From Yuukianura sp. NJ FZ-2021 (lineage: Eukaryota): a stretch of DNA of 64,000 nucleotides. The stretch is taken from assembly GCA_046563655.1 (NCBI GenBank), contig CM102286.1, positions 7,440,001 to 7,504,000 of the forward strand, given 5' to 3'. The translations under genes and the position numbers were made by a program. The stretch's first letter is position 1; every line of letters starts with the position of its first letter. The notes under the pieces were generated by a model, which worked only from the letters and a program-made list of their open reading frames with translations, was not told the DNA's origin and made no database searches. Of the stretch, positions 1 to 13,714 are shown piece by piece.

Positions 1-8
1 ACCAATTC

Positions 9-110
9 AACGTTTTTGCGACGTAAACTAACGTTTTTGCGACGTAAACGTAACGTTTCTGCGACGTAAACGTAACGTTTCTGCGACGTAACAAAAACTG
101 AGCTGCTGGG
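9..110. repeat. ~4 tandem 21-22 bp units (AACGTTTYTGCGACGTAAACGT) ending in GCTGCTGGG; probable right end of a non-autonomous DNA transposon with subterminal repeats (EnSpm/CACTA-like)
   Basis: Units at 9-29, 30-51, 52-73 and 74-91 (partial) with no spacers. The end reads CCCAGCAGC on the minus strand. The other end lies outside the window, so the family call is tentative. Confidence 0.5.
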
Positions 111-394
111 TAGCAAGAGCAACTCACTAACTAGTGTTTACGGTATTGTTTTTATAGTAAAGGCTTTTAGCAATTTCATTTCCGGCTTCATGTCAATCGT
201 TTCTTTGCTAGCAAAGAGTAGAATCAGAGGAAAATGGCCGATTAAAAATCTTAGCTACAAAACGGCAAAACCTAACCTAGCATTGCACAGAATGAACTAA
301 CGTTAAGCACCACAACCTTCTTCTTATTGTTGTCCGGAAATTAAGAAGTGGCAAACATGAACTACGAAATTAAAGAAAACGGATCGTTTCTTAC

Positions 395-473
395 CGGTGG
401 TGGCGAAGACGGCTGATGTCGTAAGGCTGAAGCTGAGAATAAGCGTTGTCCATGTCCACCGTATCGGTGACAT
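395..473 (-). CDS. Probable first coding exon (signal peptide) of an unidentified secreted or membrane protein continuing left of the window
   Basis: ATG at 473 encodes MSPIRWTWTTLILSFSLTTSAVFATT (hydrophobic core with small residues). Strong donor G|GTAAG at 394. Upstream acceptor CTGACAG near 540. Confidence 0.5.
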
Positions 474-2397
474 TGTTGGTCAGAGCGAGTTGACCTCTTC
501 AGAGATACTTGTTGTACGTTAATTGATTCAGTCAGGAACTGTCAGAGGTTGTTAAGATGGTGTAAATGATGAATTCCTTGGAGATCTGGAACAAGAGAGA
601 CAGTCGTCAGGAGTACGTCCGTGCTGATCGAATGCTGGAGACACAATGACTTTGAATTAAGATTGAGAGGGAGAGAGAGCAAGAGGTAGACAACACAGTG
701 CAAGGGGAGCGTTAGTGCATGGAAATTCCATTCCCTCCACTGCACTGGACACGGCGCCTCTTTATCTCCAAAGGCATTTCCTCCCTTACATTTAACTAAA
801 CAATTTGTTTGTATCATTTGCATATTTCCGTACATAAAATGCGTTCCAAAAAATGCGAATTTACTATCACGTATCTTTCTATTTATAGTTCCGCAACGTT
901 AACCAATTGAAGATTAAAGAAAAGATTAAACAAATCGAGATTCAATTGAGTTGCCAATTTCAAATTAACTTTTCAATTTCAACTGAAATAAAAATAGAAT
1001 TAAAATATTGAATTGAAACAAATTCAACGTCGCGTCGTGTTCGTTCGTGGTTTGTAATGAAATGAACATGTCAAATGTCATGTCATGTCAGTCTCACTCA
1101 AGACGAAAGGTTACACAAAAGGAAATTGCAAATGGAAAATCGCGATCTGCCTATAATGAAATAGCGTTTCTTATGTAATGAAATTCAACATCGTTCGTGC
1201 AAATTACGTAGTTAGATTTTTTTTTTTTGGAAACTTTTAAAAATTTGCAACAATTTTGACAAGATTACGAACGAACGATCACCTGTAATGTTCTGCTGGA
1301 GGAACACAACAACCGGGAATGTGTATAAATTATGCAAAATATAGCTGGGTTTTTACCTCGTTTCTGTTTTTCCAAAAGTTTAACACAGTCCGTGACTATT
1401 GGTAAATTCCAATTACAGGTGAATCCTCTTTTTAGCTGGATCGATGCCTTGTTACCCCAAAATGCCAAATAACTCCGCTGTTTTTTGAATAACAAAAGAA
1501 CACGACATGAAACTTTGGAATCCAAAGTTCGGATGATGTTGGCGGCTTGTTCGGCTAGTTAATGTTTTACGTTAATCACGTTTTGGCAAATTAGTTTTCA
1601 ACTTTGCAAGCTAACTTAGCGTAAGATGAAACTGTCCGTTGAGGATCGGGCTCAATGACCTCTGAATTCCGTGGAATCACACAGGTAAGATAAAAGTCTA
1701 TGCTTGCTTACAGTTCAACAATCTGAATCCAACTGAATACTAAAGATTTCAAACTGAAAGAGTGAATCTTCACCACTTCAAACTAATAAAAAATAGATAT
1801 ACCTGTGATGTAATAAGGTAGGTTAGCCCAACGGTTTTTACTGGATCCACTTTTGTTTAGTAGCCTCGGGCAGCCATGACATGCTGCCAATCGCAGCCTG
1901 CCATCCGCCGTCCTCATACTATGTTAATATCTTCTTTGTTTTGTAAAGTTACCAGATTAAATTAAAACAAAACTACTAAAGTACTGTGGGATACTAATTG
2001 TGGTTTGAATACACAAGGGAACATTAAGAAAGTAATAGTAATTTAATTAAAACGAAATAGCACTTGACCTCTATGACCTGTAACTCCTAGAATAGCTGAC
2101 TAGGTTTCTTGGATGACTAGGGTAGGGCACCATTCGTCGAATCCCCTTCTGGAAAACTTAATATAAGTAGCATTTCTCCAAAAGCAATAACATATTTAGT
2201 ACACTAGCATAAAACTGTACATTTAAGTTCAATATTCGGTAATTTTACAGGATTAGTTTACATGTTCAGTGCTAAAGCTACGTTTAGAATACCAGGTAAC
2301 AGTGAGGCACTAATCAACAACGATATTTGTCTCTAATTCGCGCCAAAGCAGATGAGGCATGACATACTGACGCTATTTGCTAATCTAAAAATTCCGG

Positions 2398-2633
2398 TGA
2401 AGTAAGTTTTACAGTGAATGATTGTACCCCAGGTTAACATTAGCGGCGTACTCCCTATTGTAATTGTCGCAACCCCGTAGGTTGCAAACCCGGGTTCGGT
2501 TAGGTAAACAGTAAACCTAGCCGAACACGGGGGGTACAACACATGATTTTTGAAATTCCCGCGTGAGGTTTGTATGGAAGGTACAATAGAATGGCAGCTT
2601 GGGGTACAATTGCTCACGCTAAACCTTACTTCA
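2398..2633. mobile_element. Degenerate MITE-like element with ~34 bp imperfect TIRs and an internal hairpin
   Basis: TGAAGTAAGTTTTACAGTGAATGATTGTACCCCA (2398-2431) pairs imperfectly with TGGGGTACAATTGCTCACGCTAAACCTTACTTCA (2600-2633). Internal stem GTTCGGTTAGGT/ACCTAGCCGAAC at ~2494-2526. Confidence 0.45.
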
Positions 2634-2816
2634 AACCAGAAATTCCTAATGTAACTTCCGTGAATCTTTGTTTAAACAAAAGTTGATGAAGAAAGAAAGT
2701 TACGACATAGAAAATATGCAACTCGAGTTAACAATATGCTTTTGTCATCTCTGGACTTTGGATTCTGCGTACTTCTCCTAACAATTCCCTTTGATGAAGA
2801 AATATATGAACTGAAT

Positions 2817-5588
2817 TTAATTGTTATTGACAAGGTCAGTGCTATCAACGTAGTAGTTACTGGTTTCATCAAATTCTGAACTGGTGGCACGCGGAGCACT
2901 GGTGTCAACATATAACAAAGCATAGTTTTCAATGTCGATATCATTGAGGTCAGTGGTAGCCTCATTGTTGTTCTGTTTGAACAAGTGCTCGTTCTGCTCG
3001 TCTTTGATTAACGACTTGAGTAAAGACGTTGTCGGAGATAGCGGTGTTTCAAGGGACGTCGATGAATCAACTTCTGCACGAGGCAACGACTGCTCAAACA
3101 GCACAAGTCCTTCTTTGACGGCAAGTCCATTCTTCGGTGTTGTGTTCAAGTTGACCTTTGACCCTGGGGATGCCTGAGGAGGCGTCTTCTTGGGAGACTT
3201 CGTAGGGCTCTTGCTGCCGCTTCCGAAAATCTTGCTCAGCAACCCACCGCCCTGCTTCTTTTCGACCTTGACTTGACGTCGCGGTGGTAACGGCGGTGCT
3301 GGTTCTGCTCCTGCCAACCCATGTGATGATTTCGGAGGTCTCGGTGGCGGCAAAATGCTGCTCAAATCGTTTGACCCAGTCTCGAGTTCGAAGTCTATTG
3401 GATTTCGCATTGCGAGCATGAAACTTGAGTAAGTCGTATCCATGTCTCCAGTTCCCGCTGTCTCTCCGACATCAGGTACGCCTTCACTGGTCATCATCAT
3501 GATGTCCATGTCACCATTCCCAAGGCCCAGGACATCTCCAGGCCCGTCGCCCAGCAACATATTAAAATCTAGATCTATACTTTTGCTAAACCCACCACTG
3601 ACAACGTCGTTCAAGTCCTTGTACAAAGAATCTTCAGCTCCCTCTGCCACCAACAAGTCCTCAAGTACCAGCGATTTTGTAATTTTCTTCGGAGGTTCTG
3701 AAATGGCGCTGTCGTGACTCTTGATCATCGATGCGCTGCTGCTTGTCATAGATTCTCCCATGTTGCATTTCGTGAATGTAGTGAGATTCCAGAGGCGTTT
3801 CCTTCCTGAGCAGAGTGGGATGTACTCAAATGGCCGAGGCGCAGACGTGGTTCCCTTCGACGGGCAACGTAGTTGCAGAAATACGCGAACTGGATTTGTA
3901 ATCTAAAATCAGAAACGAATATTAGCCATTTAGCAGCGCAATTTTTTGAAAAACTTCTGTCATATTTAAGGTTTCCTACCTCCAAGTCTCTGTACTGTGG
4001 AGTACGGAAACTGATTGCAAACTGTTTCCAAACATCAACCGAAGGTTGGAAATTTCCGAATGACTCCCAAACAACGTTCCCGTCTGCAGCTTCTTCGTAA
4101 AATCTGACTTCGATGTCATCTAAGTTGACAAGGAACAAATTTTTAAGAAATAGAACATTAGAAAAATCTTCTCCTATTTTTTCAAAATTTTGTCTTACCT
4201 TTGGAAATTTTGTCACAAAGCAAAATGATTTCCTTGTTTCCAATGACTGGACTCGTGCAATCGCTGAGTTTCACAACTGTAAGATCGTTGACTGACTCTG
4301 TAAAGTGTTGAATGAATTTTGGTGAAAAAAGGCGAAATTTGAAATTGTGCCAAATCTAGCACGTCAAAATATTGGTGCAGATCCAATTAAATGATTCATG
4401 GAAAGAGACTAAAATTAAGGAATGCGATGAAAACATTAGTGGCTTACTTTTGTCATAAATTGGATCTGAAACGACTGCTTTTACAGGAATTTTAAATTCT
4501 CCAGGTTCCGGTCCTTCCAAAAATACTTGGAAACAAAGTCTCAGTGAATTCAAATCAATTCCTGATCCAGAATTTTGAGTTGCGTGATCGAATCCGGCTG
4601 AAAACAAACATTGATTACTTTAGCTATAACCGCAGCATGTAGCCTTTTGTACAGTATAATAAGTTTTAAAAATTCAAAATCAAATTTGTGTTTAAGAAAA
4701 ATTTAGTACAAATGGATTGCTTACTTCTAAACGGATCCACTCGAATTTCCTTCCGAATTTTCAGCGAATCTTCAATATCCTTCTTCTTGACGCACTGAAC
4801 TCCCAAGTTTGGGAATTCGCATGTCATATCGTCAGTTGCTGCAAATGTCAAAAAAAAAAATGAAACTTTCAAGATTTCGAAATCATTTAGTGAAATCGTT
4901 CAACAATTAAGTGACTTTTACCGATTTCCATTGTACAGACGCCCTTCTTACAAAATCCATCTTTCCCAACCAAATTGTGTGGATGAGGCCGGTATGGTTG
5001 TTCTACCGTAACGCAAGACACAACCACAACTGCACGACCATTGTATCCGACAATCTGGTGAAAGTTTTACACAAACATGTGAAAGCAAGTCATAAAATAA
5101 GAAAAACAATCGCATTTCAAAAAAATATTATGTGTACTTGAATTTTGGGAAAAGTTTTCTTGTCATTTGTAGACCTTGTACCAGTCAGAGCACCCGTAGA
5201 TCTCCCTTCACATTCATACCGGAATCGCAGCGATTTTGGAGATGGTTGCTCCAATATTTGCACATAAGCTGCAGTATCTAACACAAAGATTATGAAAATT
5301 ACATCCAATGAAACTCCATTTTGAAGATTATGTTCTGTTAGACATTGGACATGAATTGTACCTGGTTGCTGCAGGTCTCCCATGTTCTTGTTGTGTATAT
5401 AAACAAAAATCAATTCATGAGGAATTAGAATACAGGTAGAAACTTTCACTGTAACTTTTACCAATTATTTTTCAAATAATCCCACCGTCACAACCTACTT
5501 TGAATAGCGCTTTCAATTAAAAAATACGTTTTAAATTTCAACTAAGATTTCAAAAAAAAATTTAACCTTTAGCATTTGGAGCCTCCAT
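2817..5588 (-). CDS. dl: Dorsal/Dif-class Rel/NF-kB protein with Dorsal-B-type C-terminus (spliced, ~8 exons)
   Basis: RHD motifs EQPSPKSLRFRYECEGRS, YRPHPHNLVGK, FPNLGVQCVKKK, LRLCFQVF, SDPIYDK. IPT motifs IILLCDKISKDDIEVRF, FRTPQY, FEYIP. Terminal exon 2817-3902 is open for 362 codons. The start exon is uncertain (5567-5588 or 5362-5383). Confidence 0.93.
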
Positions 5589-6865
5589 TTCACAACTTTT
5601 GGTTACTACGTAGAGAAAAGCTGTAAATAAGTCTCTGTCTGGAGTGCTTGTACGGCGACGCCAAGGATTTTTGGCTCATGTTCAGAATGACGCATTCGAT
5701 TTTCTCGGTAGTCGGAGTAACACTAGAAGTAGAACAACATCATCTTCTCCTCCTTAGCTTTCACTACTACTTCCCGGCCACTTTTTAGCCAGTTCGCAGT
5801 TCTGCAAAAGTAAAAAAAAAACGTCGGGACATGTCGGGTAGCGAAGATTAACAAGGACCGCGCAACTCATGTGCTAAAAAGCTGCAAAAGGAAGCACGCG
5901 TTTTTCTTATTAGGCAGAAGTTTGACTTTGAGTTCTCCTTGAACTCGAGCACTTGAACCTTCCGAATTAGCAATTTTAGTGCAAAATCTAACATAAAATG
6001 ATAAAAGACTTTTTACTAAATTTAAATTTTGCCATGTAGACATCTGATGAGATGAGAAAAGGCGGTAGCCGACCGAGATGAAAAGTAACTTTTTCCTGAA
6101 TTTTTTGAAAATTTTGGCTCAAATTCTTTATTTGCTCTAAAATTTTTTGAAAAATTCTAAAAAAAATACTTCGTAAAACAGTAAAAAAAAACAGTTTTTT
6201 TTTTGTAAAAAAATTTTTGTTTTTTTTTTAATTAAAGTAGAACTAATCTGGTAAGTTATTTATTATTTCTTCCTAAGTGACGAGTGCCATCACATTCATA
6301 GTCCACAATTTTGGAAATGACATTCCAAAGAGCCCAATTGAGAGATTTAAAAGTAAAAATTCTCACCGAATTTTTACAAAATCTCACCAAAAATTGAAGA
6401 AAAAAACAACATTTCAATCCACTTTAACAACAACAAAAAAATTTTTACCCTACCGGATGATGTGAGTGTCGTTCCAATCAAAAAATTAAATGACGACAAG
6501 CTCGAATGCATGATTGGATGTGTAAAATCGGGGTCTTTGACGACCAGTGTCAAGGTTGCTATTTATATTTAATAATTCTCCTTTAAGTTATTGCCTAACA
6601 TTGTTTAAAAAAAAGTATTTCTTTGTTTATCCACCTTGACCAGTGTTGTCCTTAAATGAATTTTTTTTTATCCTACTGCAGACAATTAAAATTCACACTG
6701 GAATTTGCTCACTTGGGTAAGCTAATATATTAAATTAAATTGCTGAAAAAAAACAACAAAATATGAAAAGTTTAACAGACTAGTAATCAGTAAGCTGGTT
6801 TTTTGAACAGAAGTGGCGCGACTTGGCGTTTATAAACTAAGGGTAAGGATGGGAAAAGTGATTAA

Positions 6866-7364
6866 TGGCCAGTTCTACCATTGCAGGTTAAAGTTAAACG
6901 GAGTTTAGTGCAAACTAGTTCCACCTTTAAACTCAATTAACTTAATTATGCGTCAATTAATCTTGGCATACAAGGTATCAAAATTCTTGTATTCCTCCGC
7001 CGGTTAAAGTCCGGTTAAATTTAACCGGCCGATTTTCTCCAGTTATGGCCAGTTCTACCATTGCAGGTTAAAGTTAAACGGAGTTTAGTGCAAACTAGTT
7101 CCACCTTTAAACTCAATTAACTTAATTATGCGTCAATTAATCTTGGCATACAAGGTATCAAAATTCTTGTATTCCTCCGCCGGTTAAAGTCCGGTTAAAT
7201 TTAACCGGCCGATTTTCTCCAGTTAAATTTTTTAATCTCCGGTTAAATATTTAAACTCCGTTAAAACTTAACCTGCAATGGACGAACTGGGCATTAAATT
7301 TTTTAATCTCCGGTTAAATATTTAAACTCCGTTAAAACTTAACCTGCAATGGACGAACTGGGCA
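6866..7364. mobile_element. PIF/Harbinger (Tourist-like) 248-bp MITE with a second copy (7046-7293) nested inside it
   Basis: TIR TGGCCAGTTCTACCATTGCAGGTTAA / TTAACCTGCAATGGACGAACTGGGCA. Inner copy flanked by TTA (7043-45, 7294-96); outer copy flanked by TAA/CAA. Total length 499 = 2x248+3. Confidence 0.88.
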
Positions 7365-7470
7365 CAAGGAAAGTGAATCTAGGAAAGATTCTCGGTGTAA
7401 ACTAGCTAACCTTGAAATTATGAATTATAAAATCAGCAACTTAGCAAGTTGATGAATTTCAATTCTAAAA

Positions 7471-8515
7471 ATGAATATTGGGTATTCGGAAGATTCTTTA
7501 TCTGTATCCGGTGGTGGTAAGTTAAATCAAATGTCAAAAATAGTAATTAGGCAGCTTAGGATAAAATATTAGGTAAAACTGTTTTCTAACAATAGATTGT
7601 GTGCATGTTTTTTAGGGACAAGTGCTGGAGTTCAGTTAGCTGTGCCTAGCTTCGTGGATGAATTAGAAAACATATTTCTAAATACAGATAAGGTCATAAT
7701 TACAAGTACTGACAAAACAATTCCATCTGGTAATTTAATTTTTTTTAAATAAATTTGTTTATTAGTTGGAAAACGATTTGAGTTTTTACCAATTTTTCCC
7801 ACAGACTGTGTTCCGGAGTCACACGAGCTGCTTAAAGTGTATGAGGTGTTGGACGGAAAAGGAAATCCTGGATTTTTGCTTGGACGATGTCAAGAAAGCA
7901 AGCGAACTCTTATATTCGTGTTGTATTTGAACAGCAAGGCGTCCGGAGTTTTAAGACTGAAAAGTTACGGAGTTTTTGTAAGGTTTTTGAAATCCGCTTG
8001 AAGCAGAATTAATATAGATTGTAAAATATAAAGTAAGGGTTTACAGTAATATTTACTTGCAGAATCAGAATTACGAAATTGATGGTGCTGGAATTTTGAA
8101 ATTCAGACAAGTTATGAATATTTTTGGAGGCTATATATTAGAGGATGACTGGAAACAACTTCTAAGAATCAATTTGGGTTATGTCCCTCTATTCAGTTGT
8201 TGTAGGGGCATGGGCATGGGCAATGTGACAATGTCATTTCGAAACCTGGACGGAACTTCGTCAGGGAGCATGTCGTACAAAGCGTGGCCGGAACATGGAA
8301 TAACTGAAAAAGCATTTACCGTACATTTCATTCCTAATTTGGACCGTAAAGCAAAATATATGCTTTTAGCGTCTAGTTTACTGCCGGTAAGACAAAACTA
8401 AATCCTTTCTTTTTTTTTTATCACTAACGCTTAACGTTTCAAATTTTCCATCCCCTTCCTCCTTTCATTATTGCAATTTTTTTTTATTGTACAGTTTAAC
8501 AAGTACTTCTTGTGA
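7471..8515 (+). CDS. Divergent phospholipid scramblase-like (Tubby C-terminal-like fold) protein, ~5 exons
   Basis: GT-AG exons at ~7471-7516, 7616-7728, 7805-7977, 8063-8386 and 8495-8515. C-terminal FTVHFIPNLDRKAKYMLLASSLL resembles the scramblase FxIxFPxDLDxxxKAxxxxAxxL motif. A Cys-Cys motif (FSCC) lies upstream. Confidence 0.55.
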
Positions 8516-8940
8516 CGTATCAGCAAATTCCTGACTTTTACTGCTCCCTATGAAGCATTTTGTACACGTAAAAATTCAAACTCAAGAACTCAACATTAAT
8601 TTTTAATGTGCTGTAACTTCAATTTCAACCGTTCTGCGAATGTTCAATTTTTTGACGCTATGTGCTTTTGGGCTTTTTTTTTTGTAGAGACAATGGCGAA
8701 CAGCAGCAGTCGTGCAACCTTTTCTTTTGTGTTAAATCTACCGAAAGGTTGATTTAGCTTCGTCAGCAATGCAATGCAGGCCCTTACTTTACAGGCACAA
8801 TACAAAAAGATGCAGTTGACGGTTATTCTGCTTATACGAAAAAAGGATCTAGTTTTTAAGTCACTTCCATTTTGACTGCACTGGGAGAGGTTGTTTGCAG
8901 CGATGCAGTAATTTGTTCTTAAACATTAAAACTCAATTAA

Positions 8941-9894
8941 TGTTCGTCTAAAAACGCAAGACAGTTTATTTATTCTCAAAATTCAAAATTTTTGAATTGG
9001 TCAGTGCGGGTTGGGGTGCGCCTGCGCAAAATCATGTATACACCGGCTCATTCTTGAAAAATCATTTCTTTGTCACTTTTTACTCTTACCGTTTTCATGT
9101 TCACTATTTTTTTAGTTATTTAATTACACTTCTTAGTTTTGGTAATTGCTAAAATGGCTAAGGCAAAAAGCAAAGAAGAGAAAGAGTTAATCGAATCGAC
9201 GCATAGAAAATTTACTGAAGAAAAAATGAAGATTCAACAGAACGCTAATAAGTCAGGCAAGTTAGATCCGGCAAGTATACCTTTCGAATGGGAAAATGTC
9301 ACCAAAAGGACATCAGCTACTCTAAACGTAAGTTCGCGGTTGATTTTCGTTTTCGTAAGTTGATAAAAAGTACTTTCATGCCATTTATACATAAATTAAC
9401 AAATCCATTTTTCGTTTGTTAGGTTAGTGAGACAACTGTCCACAGAATTATTCGGGAAATGAAGAACTCGGGCACCCTAGGTCAACCTTCCTTGAAACGT
9501 ACTGGAAGAAAGAAGATCCACATTGACAGCTTTACAGAAGGGGTCATCCGGAGGGCTGTCCTTGAGGCCTATAGTAAAAGAATTTATCCTACGCTGAGCT
9601 ACCTTTACAATTACCTACAGGAGGATCCCAACTTTCCGCGCATGTGCAAAGCGAGTCTACATAACATTATGCGTCGCCAACTCAAGTTCAAGTTTGGGAA
9701 ATTCCAGGGTAGACCGGTGGCATTGGAGACCTGATATTGTAGTTTTGATGATTTAGATTCAGATGACTAGTGGTTACAAATGATGTAGCGCAGATTCTAT
9801 TCAACTTTGCAAAAAAATTCAGTATCGCATGGCAACAAAGACAAAATCAGCAAAATTTTACGTCAACAAACTGTCTTGCGTTTTTAGACGAACA
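8941..9894 (+). mobile_element. Internally deleted Tc1/mariner (IS630-Tc1-mariner) element
   Basis: Perfect TIR TGTTCGTCTAAAAACGCAAGACAGTTT at both ends, each flanked by TTAA (TA TSD if the termini are 8940/9895). It carries a spliced HTH-type ORF with no DDE domain. Confidence 0.85.
9154..9734 (+). CDS. Truncated transposase N-terminal DNA-binding region (two exons, intron 9328-9422)
   Basis: Spliced product reads ...KRTSATLN|VSETTVHRIIREMK...RTGRKK...IRRAV...YPTLSYL...SLHNIMRRQLKFKF, typical of Tc1-like HTH regions. It stops before any catalytic triad. Confidence 0.7.
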
Positions 9895-10321
9895 TTAACT
9901 TTTTATAAGTAGTACCAACTAAGCCAACACGACGTAACAACTATTACAACTTGGAGATTACGACAAAGACAAGGTAATAGGTTTATTAATACAAAGTTAA
10001 AACAAGTAGCATAAAAGTAACGATCTCGATGTCGATGTAGTATCAATTCTTATAGTATCAAAATGTAGTACCAATTTTAAAGAAATATTTTCTTTAACCC
10101 GAGTTTTAGACTACAGTAACGAAGTAAATACAAAGCTTTTTTATATGAACGTCGAACATGGCTTAATCTAATTTAACCTAAAACAACAAAACTGACAACA
10201 ACTGACCAAAAGTTTTTTGAAAGATGCTTCACTGTTGCGTAATCGTAATGAGAGGTTGTTAGAAGTCCGTAAGTTGCTATTGCCCAAATTACTTACTGAT
10301 CTGTTTTTGTAGGTTCTTAAA

Positions 10322-10702
10322 ATGGACGCAGCAGCAGCAATGGCAATTGAAAAACAATTTCGAGAGGAGTACGAAGCCGAATTTGGAAAAGACGCATTGA
10401 AAAATGAGCACCGATTCTTCACGCTTGAGCAGCAAGTTGAACGTTACTCAAGGAACATTGCGTTTTGGATGATACGTGACATGACCGTTATGCCCAACGG
10501 ACTCGTCATGGATCCATACTTGATCACACAAAAGGCTATGGTGTCTAACCACCTTACGACGCTACTTGATTCAGTTAAGTCCATGGGACTAATGAAGAAT
10601 GTCGCTAAATACATCGTGAACACGATGAAACTTGCTGAAAAACATCCTCAATTGAAGCAAGAACCGATGTATTTTGTATTTCTTAAATATTCAACTTCTT
10701 AA
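10322..10702 (+). CDS. Hypothetical 126-aa protein, single coding exon, no recognised family
   Basis: True ATG in AAAATGG context. Putative TATA (TATAAG 9904-9909) and 5'UTR intron 9974-10312 (GTAATA...TTTTTGTAG). AATAAA follows at ~10788. Confidence 0.6.
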   Translation: MDAAAAMAIEKQFREEYEAEFGKDALKNEHRFFTLEQQVERYSRNIAFWMIRDMTVMPNGLVMDPYLITQKAMVSNHLTTLLDSVKSMGLMKNVAKYIVNTMKLAEKHPQLKQEPMYFVFLKYSTS

Positions 10703-11203
10703 AAATGTTCGCCCGAGAATATGTAAATCATTCAGTTAATCTTTGTATACAGATGTATTCCAAGGAAGAAAAAAAACTAACGAATGATAATAAAAAGGCT
10801 TGGAAGAAAAAATAGCAAATCCTCAGGCTATGATTTTTATTTGTATACCGGAGTAAACTGTAAAATGTACTTTTACATGTACAATACGCATAAAAACCGG
10901 TGTCGTGCATCATTCATTACTCAACAGCTTTACTCACAATCATAACTTATTAAAATCACAACACGATTATAAAAAACTTATTACAAAAAACTATTCCTAA
11001 CAACCATGGAAAGCGACGGACAAATCGTGATTACTGGTAAGGTCACTAAGTTTATAATTTTAAATTATTAAAGTGAAAACTTGAAAAACAATTAGATTTT
11101 TATTTTTGGAATGCGTGTTTTTTTAAAGCGTGTTTTATGAAAGGTAATGAACTGGTTGGAATCGTACGGAATGATATAGGAATCATGTTTGGTGCAGTTT
11201 TAG

Positions 11204-13714
<2,511 letters not shown>

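Noticed and set aside
9..91. Possible CRISPR array
   Set aside because: Repeats are head-to-tail with no unique spacers, there are no cas genes, and the context is eukaryotic.
2932..3717. Plus-strand ORFs overlapping the Dorsal terminal exon
   Set aside because: Antisense shadows of a real coding exon, with no independent motifs.
6866..7225. Simple 180-bp tandem duplication or assembly stutter
   Set aside because: Better explained by nested self-insertion, because a TTA duplication flanks a complete inner element.
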